A stretch of DNA of 64,000 nucleotides from Octopus vulgaris (Eukaryota). Below are positions 41,309 through 56,684 of this stretch, piece after piece. Each line of letters opens with the position of its first letter. The first letter of the stretch is position 1. The notes below the pieces were generated by a model that worked only from the letters and a program-made list of their open reading frames with translations, made no database searches and was not told where the DNA came from. Position numbers and translations under genes: made by a program. The stretch is taken from contig OX597836.1 in NCBI GenBank assembly GCA_951406725.2, positions 31,496,001-31,560,000 on the forward strand, written 5' to 3'.

Positions 41309-42636
41309 TAAAATTGGAGGGGAATACACACACTATTGAAACGTGTCTGTTTTAGCATGTAATTATTTCTAGAAAACCTCTTAATTCACCCCGTATTAAA
41401 CTAGTTGACTCTTAACATTAGCTTACTTATTGTATCCCCCTATTTACCTCTCTATCTTATCTCTTTTATTTCTAGTTAACTTTCTAAAGTTCCTTTTGTT
41501 AAACGTGTTAACACAAGCTTCGTTATTGTATTTCGCGTGGATGGCATCCCTGTGTTATTCAACTTTCGATATTCAGTCAGCCTGGCATTTATCGAGTTGC
41601 AAAAATCTGCTAACTTTAGCAAACAGCTTGCTTCACTTGCCCAAGCAGATTAAACAAGTCAGCTTGAAACGTAAGAAAAATGAAAATAGAACGGAAGCTT
41701 GCTAACAACTTATAACATCGTGGTTGTTTGACAAGTTCAGTGTCAACATCTGTTTAACTTACTTATGATCGCTATTCTACTCATCAACTCTACACACAGG
41801 TAGCTACGTTTCGTTGTTAGCTACGAAAACCTGAGAGAAAAATCTTCCTTCTCAACCAGTATGAGGTATCGTAGCTTACTTGCTTGCTAGATATCACATA
41901 CGTATATGAAGAATATATTCACATACGATGCATACCTAACAATATTCCGTCTACAATATCCGCTCATAATAGTTTAGTCTGCCTGCAACAATAGTAGAAG
42001 ATATTTGCCCAAGGTGTCACACAATGGGACAGAACTCAGAGCCATGAGGTTGGGAAGCAAACTTCTTATCACATAATCAATCTTGCATCTTGTGTGTGTA
42101 TAATATAAATAATATATATATATATTATGTACACACACGCATATAATATAAATAATATATATATATATTTATATATGCACACACACACACAAACATATAT
42201 ATATATACATACATATATATATAATCACACTGTAATTTCCCTATGTTTTAACGGTCATTTTCATTGCATTTTTTTCGATGGTCCGATAACTGAAGAGATG
42301 CCAGCATGGGTTTCCGCGTCGACATCCAAAACTTGGAGTTTTATCATGGCTACCAAATAATTGTCACATATTATATTTACAGATATATATATATATATTT
42401 ATTTAATTATTTAAGGATCTGGTGAGACATGTATAAAGCTAAGTGCTTTATGGACAAGAAGCCCTGGGTAACCCTATGAACTGGCCATAACTTACATTCT
42501 CTAAATATATATAGCATGTAAGCCATCTAAGAGTCCATAAATCAGGACAAAAATGCACTCTTCACACCTGCTTGTTGTTCATACACCTGTTTTCATCTTT
42601 TGTTTTCCTGTAAATTTGAACCATATATATATATAT

Positions 42637-42941
42637 GGTGGCACGTAGCATCATCCGTTTGTGGCCATTGCCAGCCTCGCCTGGCCCCCGTGCCGGTGGC
42701 ACGTAAAAAGCACCATCCGATCGTGGCCGTTGACAGCCTCGCCTGGCACCTGTGCGGGTGGCATGTAAAAAGTACCCACTACACTCACGGAGTGGTTGGC
42801 GTTAGGAAGGGCATCCAGCCGTAGAAACACTGCCAGATCAGACTGGGCCTGATGCAGCCTTCTGGCTTCACAGACCCCAGTTGAACCGTCCAACCCATGC
42901 TAGCATGGTAAGCGGACGCTAAATGATGATGATGATGATGA
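42637..42941 (+). mobile_element. RTE-LINE 3' tail / RTE-mobilised SINE ending in (gat)n; copies 21702-22300(-), 31383-31578, 43960-44250(-), 51570-51860, 55858-56220(-), 59642-59810(-); RT-end fragment 5440-5700
   Basis: gagtggttggcgttaggaagggcatccagc...aacccatgctagcatgg...(gat)n. Confidence 0.75.
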
Positions 42942-43340
42942 TATATATATATATAAATATATATATAAATGAGTAACTAAGATATACAGGTGTTAATTCA
43001 TGAATTGACACCTATACATCTTTGTTAGTCATTTATATTTTATTCACCTACCCTGGAATCTGTACTCTTAGACTAAATACTTTCATATAAAGTAATGTCT
43101 GAACAACCAAGAGCAGATTTCTTCAATGAGCTGGGTTGTGTTAGCTGCATACACTGCAAGAATATCAAGGGCAAACGCTTCTGCACAGAGTTTGATATTC
43201 ACCTGATAATGTGTGGGTGTGTAAATTAGATCAACTGAACAAGGTGCCTCAATTTAAGTACCTAATTCAACTGAATCTTAATTATATTTTCTATCCATCT
43301 ATCCATCTATCCATCCATCTATCTATCTATCTATCTATCC

Positions 43341-43510
<170 letters not shown>

Positions 43511-44266
43511 CTCTCTTTTCTCTTTTACTCTTTTACTCTTTTATTTGTTTCAGTCATTTGACTGCGGCCATGCTGGAGCATCACCTTTAGTCGAGCAAAT
43601 TGACCCCGGGACTTATTCTTTGTAAGCCCAGTACTTATTCTATCGGACTCTTTTGCCGAACCGCTAAGTGACGGGGACGTAAACACACCAGCATCGGTTG
43701 TCAAGTAATGCTAGAGGGACAAACACAGACACACAAACATATACATACACATACATATATATATACATATATACGACAGGCTTCTTTCAGTTTCCGTCTA
43801 CCAAATCCACTCACAAGGCTTTGGTCGGCCCGAGGCTATAGCAGAAGACATTTGCCCAAGATGCCACGCAGTGGGACTGGTTAGCAAGCTACTTACCACA
43901 CAGCCACTCCTGCGCCTATCTATCTATATATCTATATCTATATATATATATATATCTTACCATTCAACGTGTCTGTTCTCCATGCTGGCATGGGTTGGAT
44001 GGTTTGACAGGAGCTGACCAGTTGGAGAGCTGTCGGGACTCCATTTTGTCTGTTTTGGCTTGAATTCTACACTTGGATGCCTTTCTTAGTGCCAACCACT
44101 CTACAGGGTGTGCTGGATGCTTTTAATGTGGCACTGGCATGGACACCTTTACCCGGTGCTAGCATGGGTGCTTTTACGTGGCCCCAGCATGGACATTTTT
44201 ATGTGACCCTGGCATGAGTCCTTTTATGCGGGACTGGCATGAATGCTTTTACATGGCTCCATTACA

Positions 44267-44312
<46 letters not shown>

Positions 44313-44857
44313 TAGCATTAAAGACCCGTCGTTGCCAGATCATAGTGCTAGTGCATGTATATATGTGTACATATTACATGTACATATTACATGTACATCT
44401 ATATATATTCATCTACACAAAAAATACAAAATACAAAGTTATATCTTGATATCTCTAGTGATAACAATACTCAAAATATATAACAGACTGGAATAATTGT
44501 TAGCCCGTCTGTTGTAATTTCGATCAATTGTATCTTATCCTCCTTCTTGTATAGAAGTGTGGCTACAATCCAGCCTACCTCAACTTCTGGGTGGGTGGGG
44601 GACATTTTTTATTTTTATCCGGCATGTCCTACGTCCCAGATATAAAGGTAAAAATAAAATATTTCCATTTTGCAAGTCCGAGTCAAGTACTCCCTTGCAC
44701 GCTACGTTGACTCAAAACTTGCTTCTATTGTGGCGAATTTACCACCTCTGATTTACCACCTTTCATAGTCGCACCAAGACACTTTTTGAAGGTGCTTTCC
44801 TCCATGTGTTCAGATCTTCTTTCTTCTCTACATAGTATACTTTATAGAGAAAAGTAT

Positions 44858-44912
<55 letters not shown>

Positions 44913-44919
44913 TTTATTT

Positions 44920-44998
44920 AAAAGCAGCAGAAATTTAACAAAAGCTGTTACTTGGAGTAACAGCTTTTGTTAAATTTTGTTAAATTTCTGCTGCTTTT
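44920..44998. repeat. Hairpin adjacent to (TA)n with an internal 10-bp duplication
   Basis: aaagcagcagaaatttaacaaaagctgttact-tgg-agtaacagcttttgttaaatt[ttgttaaatt]tctgctgctttt. Confidence 0.8.
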
Positions 44999-46034
44999 CA
45001 GTGATATTTTTTTTCCTCTATGACTTTCTTTCTGTGGATATTCTCTGGCAACTTTTTCTCCTGTGGCTGTTTCTCCTTGCAACCTCCCCCACCTTTAGAT
45101 GAAAAACACCTAGCATAGTATTGCCACATTACATGTATATTCAGTGAAAAGATCCAGTGATTTTTAATATTGATGACTAAAACAGATATTCCAGTCACAA
45201 AAAGAAAAGAATATGTTATCATCCTGTGGTCCTCCTATCGGGAACACACAAGTCATGAAGGCCTTCTTATAAAACTGTACCCCCGACAAAATCTTGAGGT
45301 TGGTGATCAACAGCATTTTCCCAGTGATGTATTTTCCTGGATTCGGTTGAAGCACTTGTTTATAGGTCTCCTTGATCAGAGCTGACTTGGAGCTAGTCGA
45401 CATCACATTGTATCTGGATGAAGAAGAATTTATTGTGCAGGAGTTCATCCATAGTTTTTATGACCACGCCAAAGTAGTTTCAGATAAAATGTTTTGACAT
45501 AAAATACTGTTCTATGGTTTGATAAAATCAGTACATAGATCCAAATTTTACATTTATATCCAGCAACTTAACTGATATAAATCTGTTAGAATGACTAAAA
45601 GACTACTTGTAAATAGATAATAATTCTGTTATCAGGGAGAAAGAAAAAAATATCATCGTTCACCGTTTTATCAAGTAAAACTTATATAAATGCGCCAACT
45701 CATAAAATATAACGCCATCGTCTTTATAATTTTACTTTCGTTTTCCATGCTGGCATAGGGCTCACAGCATTTTACACGCATGCATGGACCGAGCAACGCT
45801 ATGGTATTTAATAAAAATTGAAGCATTCATTCCACATAAGTATGGCAAGTTTCTAACTTGTACTGGCTGAGTTTTCGATACAACAATTTCAGCAGTTTAC
45901 AGAAAAATTTTTAAATGGAAGAATGCCCTTTATGTGTGTGTGTGTGTGGGGGGGGGGGGGAGAAGCCTAGTTCTCAGCCATATGGTTTCAGGTTCAGTTC
46001 CACTGTGTGACACCTTGGGCAAATGTTTTCAACA

Positions 46035-46091
<57 letters not shown>

Positions 46092-46303
46092 CCTAGTTCC
46101 CAGCCACATGGTTTCAGGTTCAGTTCCACTGCGTGGCACCTTGGGCAAATATTTCCAACATGTGTGTGTGTATAGAATTGAAATGGTCCTTCAGCAACAA
46201 CACACCTTGATAAACTCAGTGACTACTACTAGATTCAGGCCACAACAAACAGGGAAGATATTCTTGAAGCCGAGAATTTGAACTTACGGAGACAATATTT
46301 ACA

Positions 46304-46412
46304 TATCACCTGAGGAAACACAACTAAATCTCATAATGCAGGGACACAAGTTGCATAATCAAATGCTTGCACACCTGGAGAACTACATTGCATGGAAACA
46401 ATTGTAGTGATG
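46304..46412 (+). ncRNA. Hammerhead-like motif with a ~78-nt stem II insertion in a Penelope-like relic (46160-46600)
   Basis: tatcac CTGAGGA ... GAAA caattg TA gtgatg; stem I and palindromic stem III intact, stem II base imperfect. Confidence 0.55.
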
Positions 46413-46598
46413 GAAAATAAATGTACACTTGTACTCTTTCCTGTTGACACCAAATATTTTCAATTATCTACTCACATACAAGAGAAGCCCAAACGCAAAC
46501 CTGGAAGTACGTATAATACTACTGCTGGATAACACAGGATGAAATCTGAAGGTGGTCGAGCTTTATACTGTACTCTACTACATTAACAGAATATACCA

Positions 46599-46636
<38 letters not shown>

Positions 46637-48223
46637 ATCCAAACATGAAAACACAAAGAGAAGACACAACAACGCGAGGACGTGGAACAAGTATAGTGTT
46701 ACTGGATGCTCAGGAAAGGAAAGAAAGAAGGAGGGTATAATGTTTTGAGCAGAGCTCTTCGTCAGAAACATAGGAAAAGGAAAGATCCAAGGAAGGGAAG
46801 ACGGAGGAAAAAATCGCCAACGATACACATGCGGTCATATATATATATATATATATATATATATCGTTTGTAGAAATACATAAATTCGGAGGAGAAGCAC
46901 ACTCTAAGATGTAGAGCACCTTGGACAAGTGTCTTCTACAACCTTGGGCAGACTAAAGCCTTGTGAGGCGAGCTTGCAGAACCGTTAGCATGCCAGGCAA
47001 AATGCTTAGCGGCATTTCATCTGCCACTACGTTCTTAGTTCAAATTTCACTGAGGTTGACTTTGCCTTTCATCCTTTCGGGGTCGATTAAACAAGTACCA
47101 GTTACACACTGGGGTCGATATAATCGACTCAATCCATTTGTCCGTCCTTGTTTGTCCCCTCTGTGTGTAGCTCCTTGTGGGCAGTAAAGAAATAAAATAA
47201 AGCCTTGTGAGTAGATTTGGTAGACAGAAACTGAAAGAAGCCTATTGTGTGTGCATGTGTGTGTATGTGTGTGTGTGTGTGTGTGTGCGTATTTCTCTGT
47301 TATCCTGCCCACCACTGCTTGACAACTGGTGTGTTTATGTCCCCATAACTTAGCAGTTCAGCAAAAGAGATTGATAGAATAAGTACCAGGCTTTAAAAAT
47401 TCTTCAAGGTAGCTGTGTTTGGGGTCTGAAGATACACCATAAGGCTAAACCCCTTATGAGCAAGAAACCCAGAGTAACCCCATAAACTGGCCTGCTCCAC
47501 TGTCATATTTATACACACACACACACACACACATGCATATATATATACATATACATACATACAGACATACATACATACATACATACATACATACATACAT
47601 ACATACACACATACATACACACACAAAGAGAGAATGAGATGTACAAATTTGATTGAACGTGAGACATAGATTTGGTTTAGAAGCAATGGGTTTCGCTGAT
47701 TAACCGAAGAAAAATTTCCTGCTAGTTGAAAAGAAAAAAAAATGAAATATAAACGATAATAATGAAAAGGACTCAGGGTTTGACTTAAATATTTTGTGCC
47801 GAAAGTTAATATAAGTTGTGAATGGTGAATAACGAACAAGTCAGATATCAAGAGATAGATCGGTCATTGATAAGCTAAAAGTACGATCATGTTCTAGAGA
47901 CACTCCTACTCCTATGAACAAAACAATTTAATTAATAATGTCAATACAATTAATTTGGCAGGGAGGGTGGTGAGAAGGATCTATCTGTCAACCCACCATC
48001 ACCACCACGCACACGATATAATGATTGTGTGTGTGTAAAAATACTTGTGCAATTGTGAAATAATTATTAATATAAGAGTGCAGATGTAGGTGTATGGATA
48101 ACAAGTTGGCTTCCAAACCACATGGTTTTAGGTTCAGTTCCATTGCCTGGTACCTTGGACAAGTATCTTTTACTGAAGCCCAAAGATAAGTACATGGAAA
48201 CTGATAGAAGTCTGTGGTGTGTA

Positions 48224-48296
<73 letters not shown>

Positions 48297-50824
48297 GTGC
48301 GTGTGTTTGTGTTTCCTTGTCTTGACCTTGCGTGATAATTGTAAATGAGTGTTGCTGTTATACAAACACAGTATAATTCGTTTCCAATGTTCTGTGAGAA
48401 TATGCCGGGCCAGGGAGGAAATAACACCTTGCTTCGAAACAGGTGAAGAGTGACAACAGAAAGGCCATCGGGCTGTTGGAAATCTGCCTCAATAAACACT
48501 GTGTAACCAATGCAAGCATGGGAAAGTGTACATTAAAATGAAGATATATACATAGCAACATTATTTAATGTACTGCTACGTAATTTCTTATTTATTACTC
48601 ATTCAACAGAATATTTTTTGTGCGACATCTGTTCCTGTTTACTTTCCTCTTTCTTTGACTCTCTTTTACCTTCCTTCCTTCCTCTCTCTTTCCCTCTCTA
48701 ACACTTTGTTCTGTGTTGCTTCTGTCCCTCAGCCCTCCACCACTCTTTCTCTCTCCTCCCACCACCACATGACCTGTGATCATTCACATCTCTTTTGTCC
48801 ATTTCATTTTTTGGGCTCACTTTTGACTCTTTCAGTTGTCCTTCTCTCTGCACCTCCAGTTCTTTTTTTTTACAGTTTATTTTCTTCACTTTTCATTCTG
48901 TATCCTTCTGTCCCTTTCTTGTTTCCAGTCCAACAGGACATTTCCCTTTGCGTTACTCCATATTCGTCCCTCTTGTGGTCGAGCAACCTTTTTACGTTCT
49001 ATATGTATAATTATTTTATTTTGTTCACACGGATGAAATGTCGGTGTGCTAACAATTCTGCCAGTTCACCACCTCAATATATAATATAGTAAAAAGATAT
49101 AAAGATATAGGCATAGGAGTGTGGCAAGTAGCTTGCTTACAAAACACATGGTTCCAGGTTCAGTCCCACTGCGTGGCACCTTGGGCAAGTGTCTTCTACT
49201 ATAGCCTCGGGCTGACCAAAGCCTTGTGAGTGGATTTGGTAGACGGAAACTGAAAGAAGCCCGTCAATATGTGTATGTGTTTGTGTGTCTGTGTTTGTCC
49301 CCCAAACATCACTTGACAACTGATGCTGGTGTGTTTACGTCCCCGTAATTTAGCAGTTCGGCAAAAGAAACCGATAGAATAAGTACTAGGCTTACAAAGA
49401 ATAAATCCTGGGGTCGATTTGCTCGACTAAAGGCGGTGCTCCAGCATGGCCACAGTCAAATGACTGAAACGAGTAAAAGAGAGAGATGGGCACACATATA
49501 CACACACAAGTTTGTTTTTCTCCAGGCTATGGGCTTATTTGGCTGTAGATTATCCTAATTTCCATGATGTTGAGAATGCAAGACTCCCTCATCACAGGAG
49601 TAACACCTCCAGCTTTTGCTATTATTTTATTTTCAGCTGAGTAAAGCTTAGCAGAAAATTAGCAAATTGAAGCAATATGAAATGAAGTGCTTTGCTTGAG
49701 ACACAATGCACAGCCTTGTCAGAGAATTGAATCCATAACGTGATCATAAATCCTATACCCACTATACCACGTGCCTTGGTATACATACATACTTAAAAAT
49801 ACGCTTATACGCACACCTGTGTGTGTACGTGTACATATACAGGGGAAACCACTTATCATTGATTATGTTATCAAAGTGGTTGTTATCAGAAAGGTTTTAT
49901 CTTAGTGATCACAAGCCGCTTCCATTGTACACACACAAGATATAAGCTTGTGTTTTTATTGGTTGTTCAGTTTTCATGTTAAAAGATAAAAGACACATTG
50001 AATACAATTGTCTTAGATAAATTAAATCTAGTAAAAAAAGAAAAAAAAAAATGGAAATGGAGATGTGATTTTCATAGCTTGAAGGCCTTTGATCACAGGT
50101 TTGCTGGATCATAGCTGACTTTGGGCTAAACAACAACAGATTCTGTATGTCTTTGAATAAAAGAATTATCAAGTGTTGTCTTAATTTACTAGGCTTACAA
50201 AGAATAAGTCCTGGGGTCGATTTGTTCGACTAAAGGCGGTGCTCCAGCATGGCCACAGTCAAATGACTGAAACAAGTAAAAGAGTAAAGAGTTTTTTGTC
50301 CATTTTAACCCAAGACTTTACTGCAAAGCAAACTTCCTGATTGTCTTCACTTCCCGACTGCATTACACAAACTAGTCAGGTGTGACAAGCAGTGTTTATA
50401 GTAAGGTGTGTTTGTTCACCTGGCACTATCTAATCTGCAATAAAAAAAAAAAGAAAAACTTGGCAGGTCAGCTTATTAGATGCTTAGTAACAGTATACTA
50501 ACTTTATAATGATTTAGGATAGTCATAACAGTCTCTCCTAACAAAAAACAAAAACTCTAAAACTTTCTGGAATGCACCTTGCATGCAAATATGCATATAT
50601 TTAAGTAGGTAGTTAAGCAGGTAGGTCTGTAGGTTATGTAACTGCCATACATTTTTAGTAGGTTAAAGTGTTTCTCTCATAAATCAGAGACAAACATTCA
50701 AGTAGGTCAAAGTCTACTTGCTGACATGCTCACCACGTAGCTATATATTGGAACTCTGCAAGCTGTCTGTGTGCCTGTCTTTCTGTCTGTTTATATGTAT
50801 GCATGTATGTGTATGTATTATGTC

Positions 50825-51410
50825 AGTTCACTTTCGAGTGCTACTGGCAACATGTAACCCAGTACAACCTGTTGCATGGTCCGGTCGTTGGCAACTAAAC
50901 CGGCAACCCCACCAAGCTTGCTTGGTGAGGAGGGTGTTTATTGGACACCCTGCGGGATGAAAAACAAAACCCGTCAAAGGGCAGAGGACCTCTTGAGAGT
51001 CAACGGCCATCCAATAAATGTCTTAAGGCTGTATCATGTGCGGGGACATAGAAATAATTGGACTGAATGCCCGATCGCGTGGTTAAACCATTGGGAATGA
51101 AGGACTCCTAGCCTTTGTTAGGGCATCCTTCTAAGAGAAGGTAACTCAGGTAACTGGGATAACTCCGACATAAAAACCTGCGGCTCTGTGGTTACCGATG
51201 ATGTTGACTTGTTCTTCTTTTCGGATTATGGCTGCTGTTGCTTAGTGAGTGAGATTGACTCAGTGCACAGCCTTTCCTCAATTTAAAAAAAATCTTCTTG
51301 CACAGGCATTGCACGATAACAACATTGATTAAGCTTCATGCAATGGCCATACTCGATAACAACATTGATTAAGCTTTGTGCAATGGCCATACTCGATAAC
51401 GAGGGGGCAG
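50825..51410 (+). mobile_element. GC-richer repeat-like segment, possibly a LINE (RTE-type) 5' UTR, with a 40-bp tandem duplication near 51315-51400
   Basis: Compositional island between microsatellites; no ORF; family assignment is inference. Confidence 0.3.
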
Positions 51411-51527
51411 CCATCATGTGTGTGTATACTCTTTTATCTTTCTGTGAAGAAGTTTGCTTTTTAATCTGTGTGGGCAGGTGCCTTCGGCGCCACAGGCTGG
51501 TAGAGCAATGACTTAACAGTGGAATTG

Positions 51528-51570
<43 letters not shown>

Positions 51571-51866
51571 CTTTGGGCCTCACAGAGGCAATGGCAGATG
51601 ACTGAGACCTTTGGCATTATGTTGTGCTTGAGAAGAAGACCCATCAAGCCGAGAAAAATCAAGGTCATGGCAGATACTGGTGTCACGCAACTGGCATGTA
51701 TAAGCACCCATTACAATGTTGGAGTGGTTGGCATTAGGAAAGGCATCCAGCTATAGAAACCATGCCAAATCAGACTGGAGCCTAGTGCAGCTCCTCAGCA
51801 TACCAGCCCTGGTCAAACCGTCTAACCCATATCAACATGGACAATGGACATTAAATGAAAATTATG

Positions 51867-51897
<31 letters not shown>

Positions 51898-52982
51898 CTC
51901 TTTTACTCTTTTACTTGTTTCAGTCATTTGACTGTGGCCATGCTGGAGCACTGCTTTTAGTCGAGCAAATCGACCCCAGGACTTATTCTTTGTAAGCCTA
52001 GTAAAGTACTGGGGTTCATTTATTCATCTAAAAATTCTTCAAGGCAGTTGATACATTTGACTAAAACTTCTTGAAAGCAATGACTGAAAATGAAAATAGA
52101 AAAAAAGACAGTATTTACATTTTTAACTTAGCTATTACTGGTTTTGATTGCTTTAACCCTTTCGTTACCAACCTGGATGAGACTGGATCTGTCTCTGAGT
52201 ACAAATGTTTTGTTTTCATAAGTTTTGAATTAAAATTTTCCACCAAACTTTAGTCACACTTTATTTTCCTAACATCAGCTGAATGATAACTAAGTTATTT
52301 TACTAAATTCTTTGTTGCATTTAACCCTTTCGTTACCAACCTGGCTGAAACTGGATCTGGCTCTGAGTACAAATGTTTTGTTTTCATAAGTTCTGAATTA
52401 AAATGTTCCACCAAACCTCAGTGACACTTTATGTTCCTAACACCAGCGGAATGATAACTAAGTTATTTTACTAAATTCTTTGTTATATTTTAAGTAATTG
52501 AAAGAAACACAGAGCATCTCAAAATAAATACAGCAACGAAAGGGTTGAAGACAATCAAGTCATGTTGGTTACTTGTGCTGTCAACTGCAAACAGAACGCA
52601 GCACCATGTGGTCTTTATAAGAAAAACATGTGACTTGCCAGAGCTGATATTATGAAAGATTAATTCAACATAATTTATTTTAATATATTTTTTCATTCTT
52701 TCTTTATCAATATGGCTGGATCTTCTTTAAGCAATGAAAACTGGTGCCTGCTTTGTTAAAAGTTTAAATAAGTTTTCAGCTCGTTTTATTCTTTTCATTT
52801 ATTTTCCAATAGGTGTAGGAGTGGCTGTATGGTAAGTAGGTTGCTTAAAACCAAATGGTTCCGGGTTCAGTCCCACTGTGTGGCACCTCGAGCAAGTGTC
52901 TTCTACTAAAGCCTCGGGCCGACCAAAGCCTTGTGAGTGGATTTGGTAGATGGAAACTGAAAAAAGCCCGTCTCATATATGC

Positions 52983-53027
<45 letters not shown>

Positions 53028-53493
53028 TGTATATGTTTGTGTGTCTGTGTTTGTCCCCCAAACATCGCTTGACAACCGATGCTGGTGTGTTTATGTCCCC
53101 GTAACTTAGCAGTTCAGCAAAAGAGACCGATTGAATAAGTACTAGGCTTACAAAGAATAAATCCTGGGGTCGATTTGCTCGACTAAATGACTGAAACAAG
53201 TAAAAGAGTAATAAATATGAATAAATTTGTGCGAAACTACTTAACATACATATTTGTTTCACTCCCACCCTATTGGAAACACCTTGAATACGGTTCTATA
53301 GGATTGTCAGCCTTTGGATTAGAACATGTACTACAATTGATTTTAATATAAATCCATGAAATACACCAAACTGTTATGTCAAAGACATTCAGCAGAAACA
53401 TGTCAGAATATATTTATGAAGAAAATGGTTTCCCTCAAATAAATTTTAAGGATGTATAATTCTCCATTTTACATTATTATGTCCATATGTGTA

Positions 53494-53568
<75 letters not shown>

Positions 53569-53714
53569 AATCGAAATGTACAGAATTATATATCCATTAC
53601 GTTTGATCTTACCCATTAGTTTCGCACTTGGGTTTCAACGGAGTGTTAGATAACAGCTCAATTATGTAACTCTGTGCTCTTCAGAGATAGCAGTTATGGT
53701 TGTTAGAGAATTAT

Positions 53715-54064
53715 GACTTGACTACCCTCAATTTTCTATCTTCTAATTTCCATGGATTATCATGTGTGGGGCACAGCTGAGAAAAACACCAACAACTCTG
53801 CCTGTAACAACAAGGCTGAACTGGTGGGCCAAGATCAATGTTTGAAGAATATCCTAGGGACTCAGTGAAGAATGCATGTGCCAGGTTCAGAAGCTGTCTT
53901 TAGGCCATGGTGGAAGCTGAGGGTGGCTACTTTGAATAAACTGTTATCTCCTTGCCATACTCTAGTTGATATTTTCTGATTTTTTATAAATAATATATTT
54001 TTATATGGGATAGTGTCTTCTTTTTCTTTAATGCAAACTTTCAATTTCACCCAAACACCCTATA
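53715..54064 (+). mobile_element. Tc1/mariner (maT/DD37D-like) transposase 3' relic
   Basis: MDYHVWG...NACARFRSCL*AMVEAEGGYFE* followed by a TIR-like end caccctata. Confidence 0.6.
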
Positions 54065-54743
54065 TATTGTCAGTACCATGGACTTAACTTATAACTGTTC
54101 CAGGAGTATACCAGTATATATTATTATTATGTCCATATATATATATATGAATATTTCTCAACTGATATCTTATTGAGGTTTTGTGATTCAATATCCTGAA
54201 ACATTCTTTTCTACATTTAAGTTGTATAAATATATAAATGTCATAACCTTACTTGGTAACATTTATTTGCTTGTCTATACCTTTATTCTATTATACATGT
54301 ATGAGCTTGATTGAAACACTACCTGTAGGAGGTAATCCTTATTTAGGCAGCTTGCACTTTAAGTTGCAGGTCAAGTTGGAGGTTAGACAAGGAATAAACC
54401 TAAGCATTCATCATTGCATGCACCTGTTAACTTACATCGTCAGACGTAACATTACCTGAAATCCTGAAATTTATATACATATCTCCGCACACACATGAAT
54501 GCATGCACACAAAAGAAAAAGAAAGTGTGATATGGAACTGAGGAAAATAATAAAAAAACAAACAAACAAACAAACAGGCGCAGAAGTGGCTGTGTGGTAA
54601 GAAGCTTGCTTCCCAACCACATGATTCGGGTTCAGTCCCACTGTGTTGCACCTTGGGCAAGTGTCTTCCATCACAGCTTCAGGCTGACCAAAGCCTTGTG
54701 AGTGGATTTGGTAGATGGAAATTAAAAGAAGGTCGTATATATA

Positions 54744-54933
<190 letters not shown>

Positions 54934-54990
54934 TATACACACACACATATATATATATACATACATACATATATATATATACATATACAT

Positions 54991-55023
<33 letters not shown>

Positions 55024-55614
55024 TATGTATGTATATATGTATATATGTATATATATATGTGTGTGTATGTGTATATATATAAAACATATATCTATATATC
55101 TATGTATATATATGTGTGTATTTGCTTGTCTGCGTTTGTCCCCCCACCATCTCTTGACAACCAATGTTGGTGTGTTTACATCCCCGCAACTTAGCAGTTC
55201 TGCACAAGAGACTGACAGACTAAGTATTAGGCTTACAAAGAATAAGTCTTGGGGTTGATTTGTTTGACTAAAGGCAGTGCTTCAGCATGGCCGTAATCAC
55301 ACGACTGAAACCAGTAAAAACCAAATAAAATTGCTGTAGCAATTCTAGGTCAGATTTGACAAGTTTAGAAAGTGAACAATGCTTATGGTTTGCCGTGTTT
55401 TATGTAATTTTACAGGTAATAAAAGGTATTTACTCTTGACACTTATATTGGTGTCAGACAGAGTCTGTGGCCTTACTGGGGCACCACGTTTAGTATGATT
55501 GATTTTTATTTCACACCCACTTCCCAGTCTCCTTTCTCTCTCTCTGGAACTTCATAGACGAAGTTTGCAGGGGCAAATATCTCTAGCAAATATAGGATGG
55601 TCTACTTCCTCTCA

Positions 55615-55850
55615 CAGGTGCTACGACCACTCATCGAAGTGTCCCCAGATATCTGTGCAAGCATGGGAGACCTCCTCAGTAGAATCAGTGATTGTAAATG
55701 TTCCAACGACCTCATAAGTTGTGTAGTAGGCAGTATGGATGTGGTTTCACTCTATCCGTTTAGTGACAAAGATTTCATTGTGGAAAAATGCCCTGAGATT
55801 ATCTGTAAAAGTAATGTAGAGTTCCATGAAGTTAATCTGAGGGAACAGTG
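55615..55850 (+). mobile_element. Penelope-like RT fragment
   Basis: VVGSMDVVSLYP motif in ORF 55597-56004. Confidence 0.55.
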
Positions 55851-56565
55851 GCTCCTTCATCTTCGTTTAGTGTCTGCTTTCCATGCTAGCATGGGTTGGA
55901 CAGTTCAACTGGGGTCTGGGAAGCCAGAAGGCTGCACCAGGCTCAGTCTGATCTGGCAATGTTTCTACGGTTGGATGCCCTTCCTAACGCCAACCACTCC
56001 GTGAGTTTAGTGGGTGCTTTTTACGTGCCACCGGCACAGGTGCCAGACGAGGCTGGCAAACGACCACGGTCGGATGGTGCTTTTTACGTGCCACCGGCAC
56101 AGGTGCCAGACGAGGCTGGCAAATGGCCACGATCGGATTGGTGCATTTTACGTGCCACCGGCACGGGTGCCAGGCGAGGCTGGCAATGGCCAAGGCTGGC
56201 AACGGCCAAGGCTGGCAACAGCCCTTAAAGGATAAAAAAAAAGGGGGATGACAAACTTGGTCTATGAAGGTTCCAACATAGTAACATCAGTGTTGAATGC
56301 TTGGAAATTTTGTACAGTCTGTTTTCTGGGCTGGGGTATGCTGCACCATGTCCCCATGTGTGTATTGAGAAGGTTTTGTCATCCAATCTGATTTGTTGTT
56401 GGTGAGATTTCAGCTGTTGCTCTCATTTTGTGGCTAAGCTAAAGCTTTTATCATCCAATGAACCAACTCTTATACTATGTTTAAAAGCCATATTGACACT
56501 AACATTTTTTATGTCAATTGCTTTGGCCCACTTTAACAGTTTGGCTGTATTATTACAGTGGTCAC

Positions 56566-56684
56566 TTTTATGGCCATATCATATTGAAAGCTCTGGTTCA
56601 TGTTTGATCACCAAAGTTAAGCAATGTTGAGCCTTGTGAGTATTCAGATGGGTGATCACTTGGGAAACCTAGGTGCTGTACGTG
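56566..56684 (+). pseudogene. 5S rRNA pseudogene (full length, CpG-decayed)
   Basis: Collinear with metazoan 5S: ggccatatca..ttgaaagc..gatcaccaaagttaagcaa..agtattcagatgggtgatcacttgggaaacctaggtgctgta. Confidence 0.85.
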
